Shown one piece after another: positions 1 to 8,693 of a stretch of 36,179 nt of DNA. The translations under genes were made by a program, and so were the position numbers. This DNA comes from Gemmatimonadota bacterium (GTDB taxonomy: Bacteria; Gemmatimonadota; Gemmatimonadetes; Gemmatimonadales; GWC2-71-9), in contig JBKPGZ010000238.1 in NCBI GenBank assembly GCA_046729675.1, positions 1 through 36,179 on the forward strand, given 5' to 3'. Within the stretch, counting starts at the first letter, position 1. The number at the start of each line of letters is the position of its first letter. The notes beneath the pieces were generated by a model that saw only the letters and a program-made list of their open reading frames with translations, was not told the origin of the DNA and searched no databases.

Positions 1-651
1 CAGGAAGTACTCCTGCTCCGGCCCCACTGTGGTGTACACCCGGGACACGTCCTGATCGGTCCCGAAGATCTTCAGGATCCGGAGCGCCTGGCGGGAGAGC
101 GCCTCGACCGAGCGGAGCAGCGGGATCGTGGTGTCGAGCGCCTCGCCGGTCCAGGAGACGAACGCGGTCGGGATGCAGAGGGTGACGTTGTTGTCGCCCC
201 GCATGAGGAAGGCGGGACTGGTCGCATCCCAGGCGGTGTAGCCGCGCGCCTCGAAGGTGGCCCTGATGCCGCCTGAGGGGAAGCTGGACGCGTCGGGTTC
301 GCCTTGGACCAGCTCGGAGCCGGAGAAGTTGAAGACCACGCCGCCGTTCCCGTCCGGGGCGGCGAGCGAGTCGTGCTTTTCGGCGGTGAGTCCCGTCAGC
401 GGCTGGAACCAGTGGGTGTAATGACTCGCGCCATTCTCGATGGCCCAGTCCTTCATGGAGGCCGCGACGACATCGGCGACCGCGGGGTCCAGCGGCTCGC
501 CTCGGTCGATGGTGCGAAGCAGACTGCGGTACACCTCCTTGGGCAGGCGCTGCCGCATCACACTTCGGGAGAAGACGTCGCTACCGAAAATCGAGTCTAC
601 CCGCTCGGTCGGCGCGGTGCCGGCCTCGGGCGGGCGCGCGGTGGTGGTCAC
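1..651 (-). CDS. glnN: Glutamine synthetase type III, N-terminal part (3' end runs off the left edge)
   Basis: Absent from the ORF track because it is truncated. My translation of the - strand from GTG 651..649 is open in frame to base 1: [97 protein letters not shown]...[26 protein letters not shown] and GxEQEYFL are hallmark GSIII N-terminal motifs. Confidence 0.8.
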   Translation of the reverse strand, partial: MTTTARPPEAGTAPTERVDSIFGSDVFSRSVMRQRLPKEVYRSLLRTIDRGEPLDPAVADVVAASMKDWAIENGASHYTHWFQPLTGLTAEKHDSLAAPDGNGGVVFNFSGSELVQGEPDASSFPSGGIRATFEARGYTAWDATSPAFLMRGDNNVTLCIPTAFVSWTGEALDTTIPLLRSVEALSRQALRILKIFGTDQDVSRVYTTVGPEQEYFL

Positions 652-737
652 TGGGAGCTTCGCCTCGCTGGTTGGGGTGGCCCTGGGAAAGGACGCAACA
701 TAATCGCGTGCGCCGGGCTTGGAAGAGTTGCCGCGAC

Positions 738-1733
738 TCAGTGGGCCACCAGCCCGGCGACCTGCTCCGCCAGCTCCGTGAGCTGGGCGGCCCGCCACTG
801 TCCGCGGTCGTTGAGCTGCTCGACCAGCTCCATGGGCAGCGCCGACGGGCCGAGGCGTGCGCCGGCGATGGCACCGGCGATGGCGGCCAAGGTGTCCGTG
901 TCGCCACCGGCCCCGATCGCGGTGCAGACGGCGCTCCAGTAGTCGTCGGGATCCCGAAGGAAGGAATAGAGGCTCCACACGACACTGGGGGTCACGAACG
1001 CGGAGATTCCTTGCCACTCGTCGGCGTAAGCGGGATCGAGGCCCTCCGCGTGGAGCCAGCGCGCCGCCTCCTCCGGCGGGAGGTGGGCCCAGGCCGCGAG
1101 ACCCTCGATCGCCGACGCGACCGACTGATCCTGGGCGCCCGCGAGCGCCGCGACCTGGGCGAGGAAATCGGCGGAGTCCAGTGGCCCGTCGCGAGCCGCG
1201 AGCGCGACCGCGTGGGCAACGGCCACGGCGCCGGCGGCACAGCGCGGATCCAGGTGGGTGACGAGACTCTGTTCCACGGCGGCCGTGACGCGGGCCCCGG
1301 CGTCGGGGAAGACCAGTCCAAGCGGAGCGACCCGCATCATGCTGCCGTTGCCGGCGTACGGCGCCGGCGTCCCCGCCAGACTCCAATGTGTCCCCGAGCC
1401 CAGGCGCGCCGCGGCCGCGCGCGTGCCCGGACCGGCGCCGACGTCCTCGCCACGCGCGAACAGTCCCGAAAGCCGCCGGGCGAACGTCTCGGGGCTCCAT
1501 TCGCCCGCCTCCAGCACACTGAGCAGGAGTTCCCGCGCGAGCTGAGTGTCATCACTGTACTGGCCGAACCCGAACTCCGGGTGAGCCAGGTCACCAGCCC
1601 GTCCGGCACGGAGGTAGTGATCCACATAGCGTCGGGCGACCTCGAAGGGCCGCGCCTCGACGACGAAGCCGAGGGCGTCGCCCAAAGCCTGGCCGAGGAG
1701 GCAGCCGGTCAAGGCGGTGGCAAGGCGGCTCAT
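738..1733 (-). CDS. ADP-ribosylglycohydrolase family protein (DraG/ARH-like)
   Basis: 331-aa ORF. N-terminal [17 protein letters not shown] and C-terminal [17 protein letters not shown] are the metal-binding signature motifs of the ADP-ribosylglycohydrolase fold. Confidence 0.85.
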   Translation of the reverse strand: MSRLATALTGCLLGQALGDALGFVVEARPFEVARRYVDHYLRAGRAGDLAHPEFGFGQYSDDTQLARELLLSVLEAGEWSPETFARRLSGLFARGEDVGAGPGTRAAAARLGSGTHWSLAGTPAPYAGNGSMMRVAPLGLVFPDAGARVTAAVEQSLVTHLDPRCAAGAVAVAHAVALAARDGPLDSADFLAQVAALAGAQDQSVASAIEGLAAWAHLPPEEAARWLHAEGLDPAYADEWQGISAFVTPSVVWSLYSFLRDPDDYWSAVCTAIGAGGDTDTLAAIAGAIAGARLGPSALPMELVEQLNDRGQWRAAQLTELAEQVAGLVAH

Positions 1734-1929
1734 GGTGTGGCGCGCGTGATGAGTGTCACGGTTGTAGTTCCGTTCTACTCTTTTTACTTCACTGCTGCCA
1801 ATCTAGGCGCCGGTGCAGACCGCTCGAGAAGACGAAGGTGTCGGAACCTGGGGATGGAGGGCGGGAGATGATGCCGAGGCGATGTGGTGATGTCGCGTTA
1901 TCCTGGCCAGATTGAAGCAAGCGGGACAG

Positions 1930-2016
1930 CGGACAGGGTGGGATTCGAACCCACGATACCCTTGCGGGTATACCGGTTTTCGAGACCGGCTCCTTCAGCC
2001 ACTCGGACACCTGTCC
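1930..2016 (-). tRNA. tRNA-Ser (anticodon CGA), class II with long variable arm; CCA not encoded
   Basis: Folded by hand from GGACAGGTGTCCGAGTGGCTGAAGGAGCCGGTCTCGAAAACCGGTATACCCGCAAGGGTATCGTGGGTTCGAATCCCACCCTGTCCG. Acceptor stem GGACAGG/CCTGTCC. D arm TCC..GGA. Anticodon stem CCGGT/ACCGG with loop CTCGAAA. Variable stem ATACCC/GGGTAT. T arm GTGGG-TTCGAAT-CCCAC. Discriminator G. Confidence 0.92.
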
Positions 2017-2062
2017 AGGGAGGCGGCAAGATAGCGAGACACAAGGAGTTGGGCAACCCGAT

Positions 2063-2947
2063 ATGACCGCGGACGACTTCACGATTCCCCCACCCGGTTA
2101 CCGGCTGCCGCCGGACATTCGGCTGGGTCCGGTGTTGCTCCAGACCGCCGACCTCGGCCGTTCGGTGGAGTACTATGGCCGTGTCCTGGGCCTGCATCCT
2201 CTCAAGCACCGCGCAGGTGAGGCAACGCTGGCGGCGCAGGGTGATCCGACGCCTCTGGTCCGCCTCCGAGAGCGGCCAGGCGCCGTCCCGGTCCCACGGC
2301 GTGGGCGGCTCGGGCTCTATCACTTCGCGGTGCTCCTGCCCGACCGCGCGTCGCTGGGGCGATTCGCGGCCCATCTCGCCTCGTTGGGCGAGTATGCCGG
2401 CATGGCCGACCACCTGGTCAGTGAGGCGTTCTATCTGACCGATCCCGATGGGCTCGGGATTGAGGTCTATGCCGACCGACCCCAGGAGACCTGGACCGTG
2501 CGTGGGGGCAAGCTCGCGATGGCGACCGATCCGCTGGACCTCGAAGGGCTCGCGAAGGCCGCCGGGGGTCGTCCGTGGGACGGCGCCCCGCCGGGTACGC
2601 GGATTGGACACATCCATCTCTACGTGGACGACCTCGCGCGCGCGGGGCAGTTCTACCACACTGGCCTGGGGCTCGATCGCATCGGCCTCGACTTTCCCGG
2701 AGCATTGTTCATGTCGGCGGGCGGGTACCATCACCACCTGGGTACCAACACCTGGGCGGCCGGAGCTCCGAGGGCGAGCGAGGGAGACGCTCGGCTCCTG
2801 GAGTGGATCATCCACCTCCCCGACCAGGAGAGCGTTGAAGCGGCCGCCCGGTCGCTCGGCGCTGCGGCGCAAGAGGTCGCGCGCTCGGGCTCCGACGCCG
2901 TGGTGACAGATCCCTGGGGAACCAACCTGCGGCTCACGACGGTTTGA
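2063..2947 (+). CDS. VOC-family protein with two glyoxalase/extradiol-dioxygenase-like domains
   Basis: 294-aa ORF with AAGGAG 8 nt upstream. Two repeats of the VOC pattern are present (LGPVLLQTADLGRSVEYYGRVLG..., IGHIHLYVDDLARAGQFYHTGLG...), followed by GGYHHHLGTNTW, typical of ring-cleaving dioxygenase-like VOC proteins. Substrate unknown. Confidence 0.7.
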   Translation: MTADDFTIPPPGYRLPPDIRLGPVLLQTADLGRSVEYYGRVLGLHPLKHRAGEATLAAQGDPTPLVRLRERPGAVPVPRRGRLGLYHFAVLLPDRASLGRFAAHLASLGEYAGMADHLVSEAFYLTDPDGLGIEVYADRPQETWTVRGGKLAMATDPLDLEGLAKAAGGRPWDGAPPGTRIGHIHLYVDDLARAGQFYHTGLGLDRIGLDFPGALFMSAGGYHHHLGTNTWAAGAPRASEGDARLLEWIIHLPDQESVEAAARSLGAAAQEVARSGSDAVVTDPWGTNLRLTTV

Positions 2948-3021
2948 GAGGGGTGTCGCCGGTCACGGGATAGAACCGGGATCGGCCTAGCATCCCACGC
3001 CTCACTCAGTCGGGAGCAGCG

Positions 3022-3897
3022 ATGCCCAGTCACACCAGCAGTGGACCACTGGCAGCCGCCGCGGGCAGCATCATCCTCGGCAACGATCTCACCGTCAATC
3101 GCATGGGCTTCGGCGCCATGCGTCTCACCGGCAAGGGGATCTGGGGTCCCCCCGCCGATCGGCAGGAAGCAATCCGAGTTCTCCGCCGCGCCATCGAGCT
3201 CGGCGTCGACTTCATCGACACTGCGGAATCCTACGGTCCCGCCGTCTCCGAGGAGATCATCGCGGAGGCGCTGCATCCCTACCCTGAAGGGCTGGTGATC
3301 GCCACCAAGGGCGGGCTGGAGCGGCCCGGTCCCGACCGGTGGGTGCCGAACGGTCGGCCGGACTATCTCAGGCGTCAGCTCGAGAGCAGCCTGCGACGGC
3401 TCCGGCTCGAGCGCATCGACCTGTGGCAGCTGCATCGGATCGACGAGAAAGTCCCCGAGAAGGAGCAGTTCGAGGTCCTGCGCGAGTTCCAGCGGGAGGG
3501 CCTGGTGCGCCACGTCGGTCTCTCCGAGGTCACCGTCGCCCAGATCGAGCGTGCGCGGCGGGTGGTTCCGATCGTCTCGGTACAGAACCGTTACAACCTG
3601 ACCGACCGGGAGTGGGAGGCCGAGGTGGATCACAGCGAGCGTGAGGGCCTGGCCTTGCTGCCCTGGTTCCCGCTGGCTGCCGGAGCCCTGGACGAGACCG
3701 GCCCGCTGGCCCGCGTAGCCCGCCGGCACGGGGCGACGCCCTATCAGATTGCGCTCGCCTGGCTGCTTGCGCGGTCGCCGGCCATGCTGGTCATCCCGGG
3801 CACGTCGTCGGTCCCGCATCTGGAGGACAACGTGCGGGCGGCGGAAATCGACTTGACGCCGGAAGACCTGGAGGAGCTCGCGACCGTCTCCCGGTAA
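3022..3897 (+). CDS. Aldo/keto reductase
   Basis: 291 aa. Motifs GFGAMRLTG, AIELGVDFIDTAESYG, IDLWQLHR, VGLSEV, VQNRYNL and IPGTSSVPHLEDN match the AKR family layout. Confidence 0.9.
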   Translation: MPSHTSSGPLAAAAGSIILGNDLTVNRMGFGAMRLTGKGIWGPPADRQEAIRVLRRAIELGVDFIDTAESYGPAVSEEIIAEALHPYPEGLVIATKGGLERPGPDRWVPNGRPDYLRRQLESSLRRLRLERIDLWQLHRIDEKVPEKEQFEVLREFQREGLVRHVGLSEVTVAQIERARRVVPIVSVQNRYNLTDREWEAEVDHSEREGLALLPWFPLAAGALDETGPLARVARRHGATPYQIALAWLLARSPAMLVIPGTSSVPHLEDNVRAAEIDLTPEDLEELATVSR

Positions 3898-3942
3898 CCC
3901 TGCGGGGACCCTACCTTTCTGCACCTTCCCCAGGAGCAGACA

Positions 3943-4863
3943 TTGGGTTCCCTCATGCTCGGCGGCGCCGTTCTCGTCGCCGCGTTTCTGCTGTTCACCG
4001 CCGCGGCGGGGCGGCGGGCGTCCGGCGGCACGGCCGGCGCCACCCTGCTCCACACCGGCGCGTGGCTTCTCAGCGTCATCGGAGCCGTCATCCTGGTCTC
4101 GTCGAGCGTGATCGTGATCGACGCGGGCCGGGTGGGTGTTCGCCATGCGTTCGGCGAGGTGGATCCCCAACCGCTGCTGCCGGGCGTGCGGTTCGTCACT
4201 CCGTGGTCCAACGTGGAGCGGTTCTCCACCCGCGAGGAGCAGTTTCCCGAGCGCAGCGATCAGGCGGAGCAGATCAGCGCTCTCTCCAGCGAGCAGATGG
4301 GCATGCAGGTGGACGTGGCGGTTCGCTGGCAGATCGACCCGATGCAGGCGCCCAGCATCTTCCGGGAGCTGGGCGGCCAGGACCAGATCCAGAACGTGGT
4401 GCTGAACGCCATCCGGAACGGCGTGCGCGATGGGATGGTGCAGTACTCCATCAACGACATCGCCCAGCGGAACCGCATCGCCGGCACGATGTCGGAGGAG
4501 GTGGACTCGGCGCTGGTCACCCAGCCGCGTGCCGGCGGCGAGCGGTTCCGGATCGCCACGGTCACCGCCTTCTTCCTCAGGGACCTTCAGCCTCCGCCGC
4601 AGGTGGTCCAGGCGATCAACAACAAGATCGCGCAGGAGCAGCAGATCGCGACCGAGCGTCATCGGGTCGAGGTCGCGAGGCTGCAGGCCGAGCAGCAGCG
4701 GCTGCTGAACCAGACGCTGACGGCGGAGGCGCTCACCAAGCAGTACCTCGAGGTGCTGCACGATATCCGCACCTCGAATAACGTGGTGCTGATCGTGCCG
4801 ACCGAGGGTGGGATGCCGGTGCTGGACGTGGGAGCGCTGCGGAAGAATCTGACGCAGCGGTGA
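3943..4863 (+). CDS. SPFH/band-7 (prohibitin-family) membrane protein
   Basis: 306 aa. N-terminal TM segments precede VIVIDAGRVGVRHAFGEV..LLPGVRFVTPW, the SPFH core. A coiled-coil tail follows (IAQEQQIATERHRVEVARLQAEQQ). TTG start at 3943 has AGGAG 6 nt upstream; ATG 3955 is an alternative. Confidence 0.85.
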   Translation: MGSLMLGGAVLVAAFLLFTAAAGRRASGGTAGATLLHTGAWLLSVIGAVILVSSSVIVIDAGRVGVRHAFGEVDPQPLLPGVRFVTPWSNVERFSTREEQFPERSDQAEQISALSSEQMGMQVDVAVRWQIDPMQAPSIFRELGGQDQIQNVVLNAIRNGVRDGMVQYSINDIAQRNRIAGTMSEEVDSALVTQPRAGGERFRIATVTAFFLRDLQPPPQVVQAINNKIAQEQQIATERHRVEVARLQAEQQRLLNQTLTAEALTKQYLEVLHDIRTSNNVVLIVPTEGGMPVLDVGALRKNLTQR

Positions 4864-4867
4864 AACA

Positions 4868-4936
4868 CTGTCATCCTGAACGGAGCGAGGGATCTTACCA
4901 GCCCCGGCAAGACCCTCGCTCCGTTCGGGATGACAG
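4868..4936. terminator. 24-bp-stem hairpin between convergent SPFH and tadA genes (probable bidirectional terminator / REP-like unit)
   Basis: CTGTCATCCTGAACGGAGCGAGGG (4868-4891) pairs with CCCTCGCTCCGTTCGGGATGACAG (4913-4936). There is one A/G mismatch and a 21-nt loop. The hairpin lies 5 nt after the SPFH stop and 7 nt from the tadA stop. Confidence 0.6.
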
Positions 4937-4942
4937 GAGGGC

Positions 4943-5419
4943 TTACAGCGTCGCCCGCTTGCTCTGGAAGAACCGCTTGAGCAGGTCCCCGCACTCCTCC
5001 GCCATCAGTCCCCCGACCACCTCGGGCCGGTGGTTGAGCCGGGGATGCCGGAGAAGATCGTAGACCGACCCGGCCATCCCGCAGCGCGAGTCGTACGCCC
5101 CGAAGACGATCCGCCCGATCTTCGCCAGCACCAGCGCCCCGGCACACTGCGCGCAGGGCTCGAGCGTCACGTACATGGTGGCGAACGGCAGCCGGTCCTG
5201 ACCCGCCTTCTGCAGCGCCAGCTGGAGGGCGAGGATCTCGGCATGGGCGGTCGGGTCCCGCCGGTGCACGGTCTCATTGTGCGCCTCGGCGAGGAGATCC
5301 CCGTCGGCGATGACCACGGCGCCGACGGGGATCTCCTCCCGCACCGACGCCGCCCGTGCGAGGCGCAGGGCCGCCGTCATCCCGGTCAGATCACTGGGAG
5401 AGGGGGTCCCCCTACGCAC
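4943..5419 (-). CDS. tadA: tRNA-specific adenosine deaminase
   Basis: HAEILAL ... [12 protein letters not shown] zinc-binding CDA motifs and IPVGAVV are present; size is typical. GTG 5419 has GGAGA 6 nt upstream; ATG 5380 is an alternative start. Confidence 0.9.
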   Translation of the reverse strand: MRRGTPSPSDLTGMTAALRLARAASVREEIPVGAVVIADGDLLAEAHNETVHRRDPTAHAEILALQLALQKAGQDRLPFATMYVTLEPCAQCAGALVLAKIGRIVFGAYDSRCGMAGSVYDLLRHPRLNHRPEVVGGLMAEECGDLLKRFFQSKRATL

Positions 5420-8027
5420 TCGCCATCTCCGGGACGCGTGACGGGTGCACCAGCTTCAGCGTGTGACCGTCGCGCTCGACTCGGATGGTATCTCCCTCGT
5501 TGAAGGTTCCTTCCAGCAGCTCCAGCGCGATCCGGTTCTGGAGCTCGCGCTGAATCACCCGCTTCAACGGCCGCGCGCCGTAGACCGGGTCGTAGCCCTG
5601 CTCGGCCAGCAGCTCTCTCGCCTCGGGAGTGACCTCGAGCCTCAGGTTCCGGCCAGCCAGCAGCTGCTCCAGCCGCACCAGCTGGAGATCCACGATCCGC
5701 ACCAAGTCCTCGCGCGAGAGCGGCCGGAAGACGATAATGTCGTCCACCCGGTTGAGGAACTCCGGCCGGAAGTGGTTGCGCAGCTCGTCACGCACCCGCT
5801 CTTCCACCCGGTCCCACGTGGCGCCGCCCGCGTCCACGATGTACTGGCTGCCGATGTTGCTGGTCATGATGATCACGCTGTTCCGGAAATCCACAACCCG
5901 GCCCTGGCTGTCGGTGAGCCGGCCGTCGTCCAGAATCTGGAGCAGCACGTTGAACACGTCCGGGTGCGCCTTCTCGATCTCGTCGAACAGGATGACGCTG
6001 TAGGGCCGCCGGCGCACCGCCTCGGTGAGCTGACCGCCCTCCTCGTACCCCACATAGCCCGGCGGCGCTCCGATCATCCGCGCCACCGAGTGCTTCTCCA
6101 TGTACTCCGACATGTCGAGCCGCACCATGGCCCGCTCGTCGTCGAACAGGAACTCCGCGAGGGCCCGCGCGGTCTCGGTCTTCCCCACCCCGGTCGGACC
6201 GAGGAAGATGAACGATCCCGTGGGCCGGTTCGGGTCGCCCAGGCCGGCCCGGCTCCGGCGGACCGCATCGGCCACCGCTCGCACTGCCTGCTGCTGGCCG
6301 ACGACCCGCCGGGCCAGCTCGTCCTCCAGATGGGCGAGTCGCTCGCGCTCGCTCTCCATCATCTTCGACACCGGAATCCCGGTCCAGCGGGACACGATCT
6401 CCGCGATGTCCTCCGCGTCCACTTCCTCCTTCAGGTAGCTCCCCTTGGCCTGGATCTCGGCGAGACGGCGCTGCTCGGCCGCCAGCTGCTGCTCCACCTC
6501 GGGGATCCGGCCGTAGCGGAGCTCCGCCGCTCGCTGCAGATCGCCTCCGCGGGTGGCCTGATCCACCTCGCCCTTCAGGTTGTCGTGCTCGGCCTTGAGC
6601 TCCTGAATCCGATGGATGACCTCCTTCTCGGTCTGCCACTGCGCCTTCATGGTGGAGCTCCGCTCGCGCAGCTCGGAGATCTCCTGCTCCACGGCCGCCA
6701 GCCGCTCACGAGCGGCCTTGTCCTTCTCCTTCAGCAGCGCCTGCCGCTCGATCTCCAGCTGCACGATGCGCCGCTCCACTTCGTCGATCTCCTGCGGAAG
6801 GCTGTCGATCTCGATCCGGAGCCGGCTGGCCGCCTCGTCCACCAGGTCGATCGCCTTGTCGGGCAGAAACCGGTCGCCGATGTAGCGGTCCGACAACGTC
6901 GCCGCGGCGACCAGGGCGTTGTCGGTGATCCGGACGCCGTGGTGGATCTCGTACTTCTCCTTGAGTCCGCGAAGGATGGCGATGGTGTCGGTGACGTTGG
7001 GCTCTCCCACCAGCACCGGCTGGAAGCGGCGCTCGAGCGCGGCGTCCTTCTCGATGTGCTTGCGGTACTCGTCCAGGGTGGTGGCCCCGACGACCCGGAG
7101 CTCGCCCCGGGCCAGCGCGGGCTTCAGCATGTTGCTCGCGTCCACGGCGCCTTCCGCCGCGCCCGCGCCGACGATGGTGTGCAGCTCGTCGATGAAGGTG
7201 ACGTACTTGCCTTCGCTCTCGGTCAGCTCCTTCACCACCGACTTGAGCCGCTCCTCGAACTCGCCGCGGAACTTGGCGCCCGCGAGGAGCTGCGCGATGT
7301 CGAGCGCCACCAGCTGCCGGTCGCGGAGCGACTCGGGCACATCGCCGTTCACGATCCGCTGCGCCAGGCCCTCGACGATCGCAGTCTTGCCCACGCCCGG
7401 CTCGCCGATCAGCACCGGATTGTTCTTGGTTCTCCGGGAGAGGACCTGCATCACCCGGCGCACTTCCTCGTCCCGCCCGATCACGGGATCGAGCTTTCCA
7501 CGCCTCGCGAGGTCGGTCAGGTTGCGGGTGTAGCGCTCCAGCGCCTGGTACTTCTCTTCCGGTGACTGGTCGGTCACCCGGTGGGAGCCGCGCACCTCCT
7601 GAAGAGCCTGACGGAGGTCGTTTGATGATACGTTCTGTCCGCTCAGGAGGGTGCGAGCCGAGGTCCCCTTTTCTCCGGCCAGGGCCAGCAGCAGGTGCTC
7701 GGTGGAGACATAGCCATCACCCATGTTGCGGGCGTCGTCTTCGGCCCGGTCGAACACCCGGTTGAGCTCACGGCTGAAGCTGGGCTCGGTGCCGGTGCCC
7801 TCCTGCCTGGGAAAGCGGCCGATCTCGCGCTGCACCTCGTCGACCAGGCGGGTGACGTTCACCCCCGCCTTCTGGAGCAGCGGCTGCACCACGCCCTCGG
7901 GCTGCTGCAGCAGCGACACCAGGAGGTGAGCGTCGTTGACGACTGGGTTGCCCAGCCGGCGCGCCTCCCCGGCCGCGTCGCGGAATGCCTCCTGAGCCTT
8001 GATTGTCATCCGATCCGGTCGGATCAT
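5412..8027 (-). CDS. clpB: ATP-dependent chaperone ClpB
   Basis: 871 aa with a Clp N domain and two AAA+ modules ([15 protein letters not shown]; [17 protein letters not shown]). A long middle coiled-coil is diagnostic of ClpB rather than ClpA/C. AGAGG lies upstream of ATG 8027. Confidence 0.97.
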   Translation of the reverse strand: MIRPDRMTIKAQEAFRDAAGEARRLGNPVVNDAHLLVSLLQQPEGVVQPLLQKAGVNVTRLVDEVQREIGRFPRQEGTGTEPSFSRELNRVFDRAEDDARNMGDGYVSTEHLLLALAGEKGTSARTLLSGQNVSSNDLRQALQEVRGSHRVTDQSPEEKYQALERYTRNLTDLARRGKLDPVIGRDEEVRRVMQVLSRRTKNNPVLIGEPGVGKTAIVEGLAQRIVNGDVPESLRDRQLVALDIAQLLAGAKFRGEFEERLKSVVKELTESEGKYVTFIDELHTIVGAGAAEGAVDASNMLKPALARGELRVVGATTLDEYRKHIEKDAALERRFQPVLVGEPNVTDTIAILRGLKEKYEIHHGVRITDNALVAAATLSDRYIGDRFLPDKAIDLVDEAASRLRIEIDSLPQEIDEVERRIVQLEIERQALLKEKDKAARERLAAVEQEISELRERSSTMKAQWQTEKEVIHRIQELKAEHDNLKGEVDQATRGGDLQRAAELRYGRIPEVEQQLAAEQRRLAEIQAKGSYLKEEVDAEDIAEIVSRWTGIPVSKMMESERERLAHLEDELARRVVGQQQAVRAVADAVRRSRAGLGDPNRPTGSFIFLGPTGVGKTETARALAEFLFDDERAMVRLDMSEYMEKHSVARMIGAPPGYVGYEEGGQLTEAVRRRPYSVILFDEIEKAHPDVFNVLLQILDDGRLTDSQGRVVDFRNSVIIMTSNIGSQYIVDAGGATWDRVEERVRDELRNHFRPEFLNRVDDIIVFRPLSREDLVRIVDLQLVRLEQLLAGRNLRLEVTPEARELLAEQGYDPVYGARPLKRVIQRELQNRIALELLEGTFNEGDTIRVERDGHTLKLVHPSRVPEMASA

Positions 8028-8130
8028 TACAACCTCTTTTCTATTCGGGAGTTACGCCACCCAGCTCAGGTTACAAGGCAAGTGTCGTTCCCCCAATCCC
8101 TGCCGGAATGGCAGGTCACTCCTGAAAACA

Positions 8131-8158
8131 CCTAGGGGCGACGATCGTCGCCCCTAGG
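8131..8158 (-). terminator. Intrinsic terminator after the 145-aa secreted protein gene
   Basis: Perfect 28-nt palindrome CCTAGGGGCGACGATCGTCGCCCCTAGG overlapping the TAG stop (8154-8156). On the - strand it is followed by TGTTTTC. Confidence 0.6.
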
Positions 8159-8591
8159 GTTGGTTCGTTCTTCGTGCCTGCGCGATCATCTTCCGGGTGT
8201 ACCGCTCACCGTCGACCGTCAGCTGGTAGTAGTAGATCCCAGCCGTTGCCTCGCCCTTCCCATCGAGATACTTCCCGTCCCAGTGCGCCCGGTACTCACC
8301 GCACCGTAGTCGGAGGCTGTCGAGCCGCTCGGCCGAGCCGTCGGCCAGCACCGGGATTGCCACCATCTGGACCAGCACGTTGTAGATCTTCAGGCTGACC
8401 ACCGGCTGATGTCCCCTGGCGCAGACCTCGTCGGAGATCGTGAAGGGGATCGTCGTCGCCGGGAAAAAAGGATTGGGGTAGTTCTCCTTCAGCTCGATTC
8501 GTGGCGGGGGAAGGTTCGCCTGTGCCGCAGCGGGAGAGCCAATGCCCACCAGAAGCCCGAGCCACCACCCCGGCCACGCAAAGCGGACCAT
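8154..8591 (-). CDS. Small secreted protein made of a signal peptide plus one FlgD-Ig-like / T9SS-CTD-like beta-sandwich domain
   Basis: 145 aa. Signal peptide is WWLGLLVGIGSPAAAQA. NYPNPFFPATTIPF ... LKIYNVLVQ ... WDGKYLDGKGEATAGIYYYQL ... RKM matches the NYPNPFNP...WDG...G.Y.Y pattern of that domain. Confidence 0.65.
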   Translation of the reverse strand: MVRFAWPGWWLGLLVGIGSPAAAQANLPPPRIELKENYPNPFFPATTIPFTISDEVCARGHQPVVSLKIYNVLVQMVAIPVLADGSAERLDSLRLRCGEYRAHWDGKYLDGKGEATAGIYYYQLTVDGERYTRKMIAQARRTNQP

Positions 8592-8693
8592 GGGCGCTCC
8601 TCTTCATACCTGGTGTAAAATGGTGGGCACCTCCGAGATAACGGACGCAGTGGACGCAATTAGTGGCAAGATGGCGGAACGCCGCTTTGGGTG

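Noticed and set aside
1930-2016. Whether the long-variable-arm tRNA could be tRNA-Sec, given selB in the window.
   Set aside because: The anticodon loop CTCGAAA gives anticodon CGA, not UCA. The 7-bp acceptor and 5-bp T stem form a normal class II Ser geometry with discriminator G.
5445-7565. 706-aa + strand ORF antisense to clpB. Similar long antisense ORFs are 2731..4761(-), 12424..13638(+), 17673..19133(+), 20343..22397(+), 26006..27478(+), 30529..32103(+) and 33259..34710(+).
   Set aside because: They lie opposite genes with unmistakable conserved products. Their translations are R/A/G/P/L-rich with no motifs. Long stop-free antisense frames are expected at about 70% GC.
8028-8130. Heat-shock operator (CIRCE/HAIR) or sigma-32-type promoter upstream of clpB.
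   Set aside because: There is no TTAGCACTC-N9-GAGTGCTAA-like inverted repeat. Candidate -35/-10 hexamers (TTGCCT ... CGTAAC) are too weak to call from sequence alone.
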